Source: Acidobacteriota bacterium | GTDB taxonomy: Bacteria > Acidobacteriota > UBA4820 > DSQY01 | Direction of reading: 5' to 3' | Assembly (NCBI GenBank): GCA_049967655.1 | Contig: JBMFSH010000017.1 | Coordinates: 1 to 58,570 of the forward strand | DNA: 58,570 nucleotides | Shown here: piece by piece, positions 28,011 to 37,523 of the stretch | How positions within the stretch are numbered: position 1 is the first letter of the stretch | Layout: every line of letters begins with the position of its first letter | Notes under the pieces: generated by a model | Told to the model about the DNA's origin: nothing | Databases searched by the model: none | What the model saw: only the letters and a program-made list of their open reading frames with translations | Position numbers and translations under genes: made by a program

Positions 28011-29867
28011 TTGGCCGAGTATCTGATCCAGTGCTGGAATTGTTTGGGTGAATACGACGCCCTCTCCGCGGTGTGGTGCTCCTGCAACCCCAACCGCCCG
28101 ACGAAGGTCTGCCCCTTCTGCCTCCAGTGCTTCTGCGCGGCCCCGGACGCCTACCACGACAAGTTCTGGGCCGGGGCCCCCGAGGCCATGATCAAGGACC
28201 GCGAGATGCTGGCCAAGGCGAGGGGGCCTCTCGGCGAAGCGCTCGTGCGATCCAAGGTCATCACGAACGAGCAGCTCCTCCAGGCCCTCAAGCACCAGAA
28301 GACGACCGGAGGAAAGCTGGGAGAGCTCCTGGTGGAGCTCGGCTACCTCACCTCCGAGACGCTCGTGGACTTCCTCTCCCGCCAGCGGAACTTTCAGCAC
28401 GTCTCCCTGCGGGACACCCCCCTCGACCCCATGCTGGTGGCCTCCATCGGCGCGGAGGCCTGCCTCCAGAGGCGGGTCGTGCCGGTCAGCCGCGAAACCA
28501 TGGCGGGCAAGGACCTGATGGCCTTGGCCATGGTGGACCCGGCGGACGGAGGGGCCATCGAGTTCATCCAGAACATGACCGGGTGCCAGATCCTGCCCAT
28601 GCACACCACCCGCGAGGAGCTGGAAGAGGCCCTGCTGCCGTTCCTTCCTGCCCCCCCTCCGCCCGCGGAAGACCCGGCCCCGCCGGACAAGACCGTCACC
28701 CCCTCCGGCGTCGAGATGGCCACCGATGTCCTGCGCAAGGCCCTCGCGCGCGGGGCTTCGGACCTCTACCTGGAGCCCAAGGAGGAGATGGTGGCCGTGA
28801 GCCTCCGAATCGACGGCACGCTCTATCGGGCCAAGCCGGTCGCGCGCCACCTCCAGGCGTCGCTCACCTTCGAGATGAAGAAGCTCCTGAGGCTGGACAC
28901 GGCGATCCGGGACAGGCCCCAGGAGGGCCGGGTCGTGATGCGCTCGGGCGAACACCGGTTCGACGTCATCGCCCATTGCCTGCCGACCCGGTTCGGCGAG
29001 AGCCTGTCCCTCAAGATCATCAACCGAGACACCTTCCTCAAGAGCTACGAGCAGCTCGGGCTCCCCTCCGAAGATCAGCTCGCCCTGAGGGCCGCGCTGA
29101 GCGCGCAGCGGGGGCTGATTCTCGTCTCGGCCCCCCTCTTCCACGGCTGCACCACGACCCTGTACGCCATCCTGAACGACCTGGGGTTGGACGGCCACCG
29201 CAAGATCATGAGCATCGAGGCCCAGAGCGTCTGCCCCGTGCCGAACGTGTCCCAGGTCTCCCTTGGCCCGGGCCGGGACGAGGAGGCGGCGCTCACTACC
29301 CTCAAGGCCTTGGGGAACATCCAGCCCGACGTCTGCGTCCTGGCCGACCTCCTTCTGGATTCGCCCGTGATGGCCGCCCAGATGCTCAAGCTGGTCTCGA
29401 AGATGCTCGTGGTCGCCACGGTCGAGGCGGCCAGTTCGGTGCAGGCCCTCCTGAAGGTCCGCGATGCCGGCGTCCCCTCCTCGGATCTGGCGGAGCACCT
29501 GCTTCTCGTGCTGAACCAGAGGCTGGTGCGCCGGATCTGCCCCCACTGTCGCCAGGCCACCGGGCTCTCCGACCGCGCCCTGCGCCTCATGGGCCTCTCG
29601 GAAGCCGAGATCGCCGGGCTGGCCAGCATTTCCCAGGGCCAGGGCTGCCAGGAGTGCTCCGGCATCGGCTACAAGGGCCGCATCTCCCTCTTCGAAACTC
29701 TCAGCCCCTCGCCCGGCTTCCGGCGGGCCCTGGCCCGCGAGGCCACCGAGAAGGGCCTCCAGCGCGAGGCGGCGAAGGCCGGCATGGTGTCCCTGCGCGA
29801 GAGGTCCCTGCAGGCCATTCGGGAGGGGCTCACCACCATCGAGGAGTTTCAGAAGGAACACCTCTGA
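28011..29867 (+). CDS. GspE/PilB-family protein with degenerate ATPase motifs, N-terminal 8-Cys domain and MshEN-like domain
   Basis: GASDLYLEP, RIDG, RPQEGR, NQRLVRRICPHC, GCQECSGIGYKGR; Walker A position reads SAPLFHGCTT; TTG start after GGAGG. Confidence 0.85.
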   Translation: MAEYLIQCWNCLGEYDALSAVWCSCNPNRPTKVCPFCLQCFCAAPDAYHDKFWAGAPEAMIKDREMLAKARGPLGEALVRSKVITNEQLLQALKHQKTTGGKLGELLVELGYLTSETLVDFLSRQRNFQHVSLRDTPLDPMLVASIGAEACLQRRVVPVSRETMAGKDLMALAMVDPADGGAIEFIQNMTGCQILPMHTTREELEEALLPFLPAPPPPAEDPAPPDKTVTPSGVEMATDVLRKALARGASDLYLEPKEEMVAVSLRIDGTLYRAKPVARHLQASLTFEMKKLLRLDTAIRDRPQEGRVVMRSGEHRFDVIAHCLPTRFGESLSLKIINRDTFLKSYEQLGLPSEDQLALRAALSAQRGLILVSAPLFHGCTTTLYAILNDLGLDGHRKIMSIEAQSVCPVPNVSQVSLGPGRDEEAALTTLKALGNIQPDVCVLADLLLDSPVMAAQMLKLVSKMLVVATVEAASSVQALLKVRDAGVPSSDLAEHLLLVLNQRLVRRICPHCRQATGLSDRALRLMGLSEAEIAGLASISQGQGCQECSGIGYKGRISLFETLSPSPGFRRALAREATEKGLQREAAKAGMVSLRERSLQAIREGLTTIEEFQKEHL

Positions 29868-30000
29868 GAGGGTAGGCGGAAGGAAAGGATTCACCACCAA
29901 GACACCAAGGCATCAGGGATTGGGGCCTCTCAGAGTCCCCGTCTCTTGCCCCTCGCTCGCCCGCGCGGGGAGAGCCGTCGTCTGACGGCGACTTCCCCAG

Positions 30001-30122
30001 AGCGCGGCCGCGGGGGCCAGCACGGCGCACCGGCCTCTGGAGAGGCCTCCTACAGCGCGATTCCTCAAAGACCCGCCCCATCCCTCATCCTCCTGTCCCC
30101 TGTCCCCTGTCCCTTGTCCCCT
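30001..30122 (-). repeat. Right arm of a long inverted repeat (partner 27706-27820)
   Basis: See partner. Confidence 0.9.
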
Positions 30123-30153
30123 GCTACAATACGTCCCGGGGAGGTCCCTCTCG

Positions 30154-30861
30154 ATGGCCTTGCTCCTCTTCGACATCGACGGCACGCTGCTCAGACCCCT
30201 GGGCATCGGCCGAAGGGCCTTCGAACGGGCCCTTCGCCGCCTCCACGGGTCCGTGCCCTCCGAGCGCTTCGGATACGACGGACTGCTCGATCCCGAGATC
30301 GCCCGCCAAACGTTAGCCCAGCTCGGTATTCCGCCGGCGCGGACGGTCGTGGCCTCCCTGCTGAAGGCCTACATCGAGGAACTCGTGCGCGAACCGGCCC
30401 CGCCCCGGCAGGAAGCTCTCTGTCCCGGTGTGCCGGAGGTGCTCGAAGAGGCGCTGCAGCGGGGGCACCATCTGGGCCTCTTGACGGGGAACGTCCGGGC
30501 TGGAGCCGGGATCAAGATCGGGTTCCTGGGTCTTCTCGACTTCTTCAGGGCGGCGCCAGAGTTCCCCCTCCTGGGCGCCTTCGGAGAAGACGCCCCGGAG
30601 CGGGCCTCGCTCGTTCCCGTCGCCCTGGCGCGGTGCGGAGCGGCTTTCGGCTCCACCTTCGAGCCGGCCCAAGCCTGGATCGTGGGCGACTCCCGCCGGG
30701 ACGTGGCCGCGGCCAAAGCCGCGGGGATTCGCTGCGCGGCCGTGGCCACGGGCTTCACCTCCTTCGGCGAACTGAGCTCCCTCGGCCCCGAATTGGCCCT
30801 GCCCGATCTCTCCGATCCCGCGCCGCTCCTGGACGGCGTGGAGGGGAGGGCCGCCGCGTGA
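30154..30861 (+). CDS. HAD-superfamily hydrolase
   Basis: LFDIDGTL, LTGN, VGDSRRD. Confidence 0.9.
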   Translation: MALLLFDIDGTLLRPLGIGRRAFERALRRLHGSVPSERFGYDGLLDPEIARQTLAQLGIPPARTVVASLLKAYIEELVREPAPPRQEALCPGVPEVLEEALQRGHHLGLLTGNVRAGAGIKIGFLGLLDFFRAAPEFPLLGAFGEDAPERASLVPVALARCGAAFGSTFEPAQAWIVGDSRRDVAAAKAAGIRCAAVATGFTSFGELSSLGPELALPDLSDPAPLLDGVEGRAAA

Positions 30862-32294
30862 GCGCTCATCCCCCGCGCATGGACGTGCTCCTGGCCTCGA
30901 GCGAGGCCATGCGGCTGGAGGCCGAATTCGGCCGGACCAGCCTCAAGGCCGCCCTCCGCGACGCCATGGCCGAAACCATCGACCGCTGGCGCCAGGGGGG
31001 CGAGGCGCCCACCCATGCGGAGCTCCTGCTTTCAGCGGAGCGCCTGTTGCGAGAGCGCTTCGATCCCCCCCTGCGCCGGGTCATCAACGCGACGGGGGTG
31101 GTGCTCCACACCAACCTGGGAAGGGCGCCCCTCCCGAGCCGGGCCTTGCGGCGGGCCTCGGAGCTGCTGTCCGGCTACGTGGACCTGGAGATGGACCTCT
31201 CGGCCCACGGCCGGGGCCACCGCGACGCCCGGCTGGAGTCGGCCGTTCAGGAGCTGCTTCAGACCGACAGGGGGGTGGTGGCGGTGAACAACAACGCGGC
31301 CGCCGTCCTGCTCATGCTCAATACCCTGTCGGCCGGCCGGGAGACGCTCGTGAGTCGAGGGGAGCTCGTGGAGATCGGCGGCGGCTTCCGCATTCCCGAG
31401 GTCATGGTCGCTTCGGGAGCGCGGCTGCGGGAGGTGGGGACCACCAATCGCACGCGCATCGCCGACTTTCGCTCGGCCATCTCTCCGGACTCGGCTCTGC
31501 TCCTGCACGTTCACCCCTCCAATTTCCGCATCCTGGGCTTCACCGAGCGCGTCCCCCTCGAAGAGCTGGTCAACCTGGGGCGGGAGGTGCACCTTCCCGT
31601 GGGCTGCGACCTCGGCTCGGGGCTCCTGGCCCCCGCGGGGGAGCTGGGCCTCCGGAACGAGCCCACGGTGCAGGAGGCCCTGGCCAGCGGGGCAGAGGCC
31701 GTCTGCTTCAGCACCGACAAGCTGTTCGGGGCCTGCCAGGGCGGGCTCCTGCTGGTGAAACCCCCGCTCCTCCAGGCCTTTCGCACGAACCCCCTGCTGC
31801 GGGCGCTCCGCGTGGACAAGGTCACCTACCTGCTCCTGGGAGCGGCGGTGGAGGCCTACCGAAAGGGCCGCTGGCGGGAGCTGCCGGCCCTGGGGCTCCT
31901 GGCCATCCCCAGGGGCGTTCTCCTCAGACGGGCCGGCCGGCTCAAGGCCGCCCTCGACCGGATGGCCCCGGATCGGTTCGAATCGTCCGTCGTGGAGGCC
32001 GAGGGCCGGGCCGGCGGAGGAACGGCCCCGCTCGAACCGCTCCCCTCCCCGGCACTCGCTCTCAAGCCCTCGCGGGGCAAGGCCCACGACCTCGAGGCCT
32101 ACCTGCGCACCGGTGGAGAGCCGCCGGTCGTGGGCGTGCTCGCGGAGGGCACCCTTCTGTTGCACGTGCGGACCCTGCTGCCGGGGGACATCCCCACGCT
32201 GCTGGACCGCCTTTCCCGCTTTCGGGGGGCCGCTCGGGAAGGCGACCCCGCGTTCCAGACACCCACGTCGGCGACCGGCCTTCCGCCGACCTAG
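30858..32294 (+). CDS. selA: L-seryl-tRNA(Sec) selenium transferase
   Basis: VINATGVVLHTNLGRAPL, VNNNAAA, SRGELVEIGGGFRIP, EVGTTNRT, FSTDKL (PLP lysine), RALRVDK. Confidence 0.93.
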   Translation: MSAHPPRMDVLLASSEAMRLEAEFGRTSLKAALRDAMAETIDRWRQGGEAPTHAELLLSAERLLRERFDPPLRRVINATGVVLHTNLGRAPLPSRALRRASELLSGYVDLEMDLSAHGRGHRDARLESAVQELLQTDRGVVAVNNNAAAVLLMLNTLSAGRETLVSRGELVEIGGGFRIPEVMVASGARLREVGTTNRTRIADFRSAISPDSALLLHVHPSNFRILGFTERVPLEELVNLGREVHLPVGCDLGSGLLAPAGELGLRNEPTVQEALASGAEAVCFSTDKLFGACQGGLLLVKPPLLQAFRTNPLLRALRVDKVTYLLLGAAVEAYRKGRWRELPALGLLAIPRGVLLRRAGRLKAALDRMAPDRFESSVVEAEGRAGGGTAPLEPLPSPALALKPSRGKAHDLEAYLRTGGEPPVVGVLAEGTLLLHVRTLLPGDIPTLLDRLSRFRGAAREGDPAFQTPTSATGLPPT

Positions 32295-32309
32295 CCGGGG
32301 GGATCAATC

Positions 32310-32843
32310 ATGGAGAGAACCCTTCGTCCGCTCGCCGCCCTTCTCCCGCTCCTGCTCTTGCTCGTCGCCTGCGCCGAGCGCGGCTCCCGGGGTCCGGGGG
32401 CCACGGAGACCGCAGCAGGGGCGTCCGCCGAAGCCCCCGTGGTACAGACCGCGGGCGGGCTCTACCCCACGGGAGAGCGCCTGGCCCGCTACCTCCGCTC
32501 CAAGTACCCGGCCTACGAGAACGGGCGGTGGGCGGTGGGCTGGAACTCCAATATCCCATGGATGACCCGGCTGGGGCTGAGCGTGCAGGAGCACTGGCCC
32601 TTTTCTGTAAGCCTAATGGGACTGGGCGCCGTGGCCTTCAACTCCGACCAGGCCTATATCCAGCTCGATCCGAGCAGTTTCGCCGGGCTCATCTGGCTGG
32701 AGCCGATGGTAACCCCCAAGGGGCTCCTGGAGGCCGTGAAGGTGACCTTCCGCCCCATCGGCGCCCTCCCCTACGTGCAGACCATCATCGCCTGCGAACC
32801 GGGCCTGTCGATCATCCCCCAGGCCGCTCCCGATGGGCGGTAA
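32310..32843 (+). CDS. Hypothetical lipoprotein
   Basis: Lipobox LLVAC after a hydrophobic stretch. Confidence 0.7.
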   Translation: MERTLRPLAALLPLLLLLVACAERGSRGPGATETAAGASAEAPVVQTAGGLYPTGERLARYLRSKYPAYENGRWAVGWNSNIPWMTRLGLSVQEHWPFSVSLMGLGAVAFNSDQAYIQLDPSSFAGLIWLEPMVTPKGLLEAVKVTFRPIGALPYVQTIIACEPGLSIIPQAAPDGR

Positions 32844-33218
32844 GGTGGCCCCGTCAAGGCACCGAGACAGGATGAGCGAGTCAGGGAGTCAGGAGACCAC
32901 GGACCAGCTAGGCTCCCACCCCTGCCTCTCTCACCTCCCGCGTCTCACGTCTTGCGCCTCACGTCTTGCGCCTCGCGTCCATCTGGGGCAAATGGCCCTT
33001 CGGGGATTGAGTCCCGTTCATACCGGGCCTTTCCTCTGCCACGGGCCGGTAGACGCCCTGGGGCCGCCTCTCCAAAGGAGGACGGCGGAAAGCGGGTGGG
33101 GCATTTACCGCCCTCCAGCCCCTCGCGGGCTGGCCATGGGGTTCCACCCGCGGAGGCGGCGTTATATTAGGCCCCTGGTTGTCGCGGGGCCTTGAAAACC
33201 AGGACAAAGGGGAATTGG

Positions 33219-33998
33219 GTGAGCCACCACGATCTGCAGTCCCGCTCCCAGCGCGGCCCGTCACAGGGTTCGATCCGGGGCCTCTTTCCCAGGCGAGTGA
33301 CCATCGTCGCGGGCCATTTCGGCAGCGGCAAGACGGAGATCACGCTGAACGCCGCCGTGCGGCTGGCCCGCGAAGGCCAGGCGGTCTCCCTCGTGGACCT
33401 GGACGTGGTCAAGCCCTACTTCCGCTCCCGGTCGGCCCGGGAGCTCCTGAGCCTCTCCGGCGTCGAACTCGTGGCGCCCATGGGCGAGTACTACTCCTCC
33501 GACCTCCCCATCATCCTTCCCCAGATCCGACAGCGCCTTCTTGACAGGAGTCGCACGGTGTTCATGGATGCGGGCGGGGACGACACCGGGGCCCGGGTGG
33601 TCGGCTCCCTCACCGACGTCATTCCGCCCACCGAGAGCGAATTCCTTCTGGTTCTGAACTTCCGCAGGCCCTTCACCCCCGACGTGGAGTCGGCCCTGGC
33701 CATGGCCAGGGAGATCGAGGCGAAGGGGCGGATGCGCCTCACGGGCCTGCTCTCCAACACGCACCTCATGGGCGAGACCACGGGGGAGGTGGTGCGCGAG
33801 GGCTTTCGGCTGGCCGCCGAGACGGCCCGGCGCCTCGGCCTGCCCCTGCTGGCCGTGGCCGTCGAGGAGGGCCGGGATCTAGGGCTCTCGGCCGCGGAGT
33901 TCCCCTGTCCGATCCTGCCCCTCACGCGAATCGTCAAGCCCCCCTTCGAGGCGGACCGCGAGCAGCGCACCGTGGGCCCCCTCTTCGTGGTGGGCTGA
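33219..33998 (+). CDS. P-loop NTPase of the type found upstream of Vor/Kor operons
   Basis: GHFGSGKTE, DLDVVKPYFRSR, DAGGDD; start uncertain (33192 or 33219). Confidence 0.8.
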   Translation: MSHHDLQSRSQRGPSQGSIRGLFPRRVTIVAGHFGSGKTEITLNAAVRLAREGQAVSLVDLDVVKPYFRSRSARELLSLSGVELVAPMGEYYSSDLPIILPQIRQRLLDRSRTVFMDAGGDDTGARVVGSLTDVIPPTESEFLLVLNFRRPFTPDVESALAMAREIEAKGRMRLTGLLSNTHLMGETTGEVVREGFRLAAETARRLGLPLLAVAVEEGRDLGLSAAEFPCPILPLTRIVKPPFEADREQRTVGPLFVVG

Positions 33999-34012
33999 GA
34001 AAGGAGCCGCTT

Positions 34013-34246
34013 GTGCCGCAGATCGTCATCAACCGCGAACTCTGCAAGGGGTGCGAGCTGTGCGTGCACGCCTGCCCCCAGAAGATCCTGGGCATGGCCA
34101 AAGAGATCAACTCCAAGGGCTATTTCTTCGCTCAGGTGGAGGATCAGAAGCGGTGCATCGGATGCCGGCTCTGCTGCATCACCTGCCCCGACGTGGCCAT
34201 CCAGATGCGCGTCCACGGGACCATGGTCCACTACTTTGCCTATTGA
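34013..34246 (+). CDS. 2x[4Fe-4S] delta subunit of 2-oxoacid:ferredoxin oxidoreductase
   Basis: CKGCELCVHACP, CIGCRLCCITCPD. Confidence 0.9.
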   Translation: MPQIVINRELCKGCELCVHACPQKILGMAKEINSKGYFFAQVEDQKRCIGCRLCCITCPDVAIQMRVHGTMVHYFAY

Positions 34247-34445
34247 AGGCCCCTGGCGAATGGAATGGAACAAGAGGGCCGACGGCGAGCCGCTTCGAGA
34301 TGCCGAGATGCCGAGATGCCGAGATGAGGAGATGAGGAGATGAGAAAAGGAACCAGCGGACGGTACTGCGGGTTCTTCTTGTCCCTTGTCCCCTGTCCCT
34401 TGTCCCCTGTCCCCCGTCATTCCTCACTTTCTCGAAGGATCCCCC

Positions 34446-35534
34446 ATGGCTAAGAAATTGATGAAGGGCAGCGAGGCCATCGGCGAGGCGGCCATCCAGG
34501 CCGGCTGCAAGCTCTTCTTCGGCTACCCCATCACGCCGCAGAACGAGATCCCCGAGTACATGTCCCACCGCCTGCCGCAGGTGGGCGGGACCTTCGTGCA
34601 GGCCGAGAGCGAGGTGGCGGCTTCGAACATGATCTACGGCGCCGCCGGCTCGGGGGAGCGCGTCTTCACCTCCTCCTCCTCGCCGGGCATCTCGCTCATG
34701 CAGGAGGGAATCTCCTACATCGCCGGCTCCGAGCTGCCGGTGGTTCTGGTCAACATCATGCGCGCCGGGCCCGGCCTGGGCGGCATCTTGCCCAGCCAGG
34801 CGGACTACTTCCAGGCCACCAAGGGAGGGGGCCACGGCGACTACCGCCTCCTCGTCTTGGCGCCGTGGTCCGTGCAGGAGGCGGCGGACCTCATTCAGGA
34901 CGCCTTCGATCTGGCCGACTACTATCGGAACCCCGTGATGATCCTGGGCGACGGTCTCATCGGCCAGATGATGGAGCCCGTGGAGTTCCATTCCGACCGT
35001 AAGCCCTGCAAGGAGCTCGGACCCAAGAACTGGGCGGCCACCGGCTGCAAGGGAGACCGGCCCACCAACATCATCAACTCCCTCTTCCTGGACCCGGCCG
35101 CCCTGGAGCAGCACAACCACAGGCTCCAGGCCAAGTACGAAACCATGGCGCGGGACGAGATCCGATGCGCCGAGTACGGCACCACGGAGCCCTACGACGT
35201 CCTGATCGTGGCCTACGGCACCGTGGCCAGGGTCTGCGTCACGGCCCTGGAGGATCTGAAGGAGGCGGGCATCCGCGCCGCCATGGTCCGGCCCATCACC
35301 CTCTTCCCCTTCCCCTACGCCCGGGTCCGGGCCGCCGCCGAAAAGGCCAAGGCCCTCCTGGTGGTGGAGCTCTCCTGCGGCCAGATGGTGGAGGACGTGC
35401 GTCTGGCCGTGGAGGGACGCCGACCGGTCCGCTTCTACGGCCGCCAGGGCGGCATGCTCGTCACGCCGGAGGAGGTGGTGGACGAGGTCCGGCGCCTCCT
35501 CGCGGGGCCGCAACAGGAGGCCGACCATGCTTGA
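34446..35534 (+). CDS. vorB: 2-oxoacid:ferredoxin oxidoreductase alpha subunit (VorB-like)
   Basis: GYPITPQ, QAESE, SSSPGISLMQE, KGGGHGDY. Confidence 0.85.
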   Translation: MAKKLMKGSEAIGEAAIQAGCKLFFGYPITPQNEIPEYMSHRLPQVGGTFVQAESEVAASNMIYGAAGSGERVFTSSSSPGISLMQEGISYIAGSELPVVLVNIMRAGPGLGGILPSQADYFQATKGGGHGDYRLLVLAPWSVQEAADLIQDAFDLADYYRNPVMILGDGLIGQMMEPVEFHSDRKPCKELGPKNWAATGCKGDRPTNIINSLFLDPAALEQHNHRLQAKYETMARDEIRCAEYGTTEPYDVLIVAYGTVARVCVTALEDLKEAGIRAAMVRPITLFPFPYARVRAAAEKAKALLVVELSCGQMVEDVRLAVEGRRPVRFYGRQGGMLVTPEEVVDEVRRLLAGPQQEADHA

Positions 35535-36306
35535 GACCGTCTTCTGCCGGACGCCGGCCCTCGCCGACGTCACCACCCACTACTGCCCCGGCTGCACCCA
35601 CGGCGTCATCCACCGGCTCGTGGCCGAGGTGGTGGACGAGCTGGGGCTGAGGGAACGCACCATCGGCATCGCCCCCGTGGGCTGCTCGGTCCTCGCCTAC
35701 AACTACTTCACCACGGACTTCCAGGAGGCCTCCCACGGCCGGGCGCCGGCCGTGGCCACGGGGGTCAAGCGGGCCCGTCCCGACCTCATCGTCTTCTCCT
35801 ACCAGGGAGACGGCGATCTCGCCTCCATCGGCATGGGGGAGATCGTCCACTGCGCCAACCGGGGCGAGAAGATCACGGTGATCTTCGTGAACAACGCCAT
35901 CTACGGCATGACGGGCGGCCAGATGGCCCCCACCACCATGCCGGGCCAGATCGCCACCACCTGCCCCATGGGGCGGGACGTGAACCTGGCGGGCTACCCC
36001 ATCCGCGTGGCCGAGCTGCTCTCCACCCTGAGAACCCCCGCCTTCATCGCCCGCGCGTCGGTCCACACCCCCCTCTACGCCGTCAACGCCAAGGAGATGC
36101 TCCGACGCGCCTTCCGTCACCAGGCGGAGGGCCGGTGCTTCTCTCTCGTGGAGGTGCTCTCCACCTGCCCCACGAACTGGGGCCTGCCCCCCGCCGAGGC
36201 CACTCAGTGGCTGGAGCAGAACATGCTCCCTTACTACCCCCTCGGGATCTTCAAGGAGCCGGGCGGCGAGGATCGGGCACCCAACCCTCTCGGAGCGAAG
36301 AGATGA
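35527..36306 (+). CDS. 2-oxoacid:ferredoxin oxidoreductase beta (TPP-binding) subunit
   Basis: YCPGCTHG, QGDGD, NNAIYGMTGGQ, CPTNW. Confidence 0.92.
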   Translation: MLETVFCRTPALADVTTHYCPGCTHGVIHRLVAEVVDELGLRERTIGIAPVGCSVLAYNYFTTDFQEASHGRAPAVATGVKRARPDLIVFSYQGDGDLASIGMGEIVHCANRGEKITVIFVNNAIYGMTGGQMAPTTMPGQIATTCPMGRDVNLAGYPIRVAELLSTLRTPAFIARASVHTPLYAVNAKEMLRRAFRHQAEGRCFSLVEVLSTCPTNWGLPPAEATQWLEQNMLPYYPLGIFKEPGGEDRAPNPLGAKR

Positions 36307-36480
36307 TTCACCACAGAGGCACAGAGGCACAGAGAAGAGACCCCTCGGGGTTTTGCAGGATGGCCTTCGAAGCCAAGCCAAACAGGTGCACGAACAATGC
36401 CGCGCATTCGGGCCGGATGGCCGGGACCCTTTCCCTTGTGCCTCTGGGTCTCTGTGGTTTTCCTGTCTTGGAGAAGCGCC

Positions 36481-37041
36481 ATGCAGAATGACGTAATCAT
36501 GGCGGGGTTCGGGGGCCAGGGCGTCCTGCTCATCGGCAAGATGCTGGCCTACGCGGGGATGCACGCCGGGAAGGAGGTCTCCTGGATGCCCTCCTACGGC
36601 CCCGAAATGCGCGGCGGCACGGCCAACTGCACGGTGGTCATCTCGGACCGCCCCGTGGGCTCGCCCGTCATCCAGTGCCCCCGAGCCGTGCTGGCCATGA
36701 ACCTGCCCTCGCTGGACAAGTTCGAGCCCGCCCTCAAGCCGGGCGGCCTTCTGCTGGTCAACACCTCCCTCATCAACCGGGAGCCCCGGCGGAGCGACGT
36801 GCGCGTGGTAAAGGTGCCCGCCAACGACATCGCCAACGAGCTGAAGAACCCCAAGGGGGCCAACATGGTGGCCCTCGGCGCTTACCTGGGCGCCACGGAG
36901 GCGGTGCCCCTGGAGGAGATGGAGAAGCTCATCCGCGACACCTTCGCCAGCAAGCCCGCCGTCGTCGAAGCCAACATCCAGGCCCTGCGCCGCGGCCACG
37001 AGCTGGGCCGCGCCCAGAGCCGGCGGGAGGAGCAGCCATGA
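36481..37041 (+). CDS. 2-oxoacid:ferredoxin oxidoreductase gamma subunit
   Basis: AGFGGQG, PSYGPEMRGG, NMVALGA. Confidence 0.92.
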   Translation: MQNDVIMAGFGGQGVLLIGKMLAYAGMHAGKEVSWMPSYGPEMRGGTANCTVVISDRPVGSPVIQCPRAVLAMNLPSLDKFEPALKPGGLLLVNTSLINREPRRSDVRVVKVPANDIANELKNPKGANMVALGAYLGATEAVPLEEMEKLIRDTFASKPAVVEANIQALRRGHELGRAQSRREEQP

Positions 37042-37523
37042 GCGAGAGCGCCTGCGTCTCGATCGCCCCTCTGGAGGAGATCCTGGACCGTTACCCGCGG
37101 GAGGAGGCCTCCCTCATCCAGGTCCTCCAGGACGTACACCGGGCTTACAACTACCTGCCCTGCGACGTGCTGGCCAAGGTGGCCGAGAGCCTGCACGTGC
37201 CCCTCGCCAAGGTCTTCTCCGTCTCCACCTTCTACAAGGCCTTTTCCCTGACGCCCCAGGGAAAAGTCATCATCAGGGTCTGCACCGGAACCGCCTGCCA
37301 CATCCGCGGGGCCACGCAGCTCATCGACGAGACTCGGCGGCTTTTGCAGATCGCCCCCGGCGAGACCACCCCGGACATGGGCTTCACCCTCAAGACGGTG
37401 AACTGCGTCGGGGCCTGCGCCATGGCTCCGGTCCTCATCGTGGGGGACAAGGTTCACGGGAACACCAAGCCGGCCAAGGTCGCCAAAGCTCTCGGCGTGG
37501 AGGAGAAACACCATGCGCATTGA
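37038..37523 (+). CDS. NuoE/HydC-like [2Fe-2S] subunit
   Basis: STFY, CTGTACH, CVGAC. Confidence 0.9.
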   Translation: MSESACVSIAPLEEILDRYPREEASLIQVLQDVHRAYNYLPCDVLAKVAESLHVPLAKVFSVSTFYKAFSLTPQGKVIIRVCTGTACHIRGATQLIDETRRLLQIAPGETTPDMGFTLKTVNCVGACAMAPVLIVGDKVHGNTKPAKVAKALGVEEKHHAH

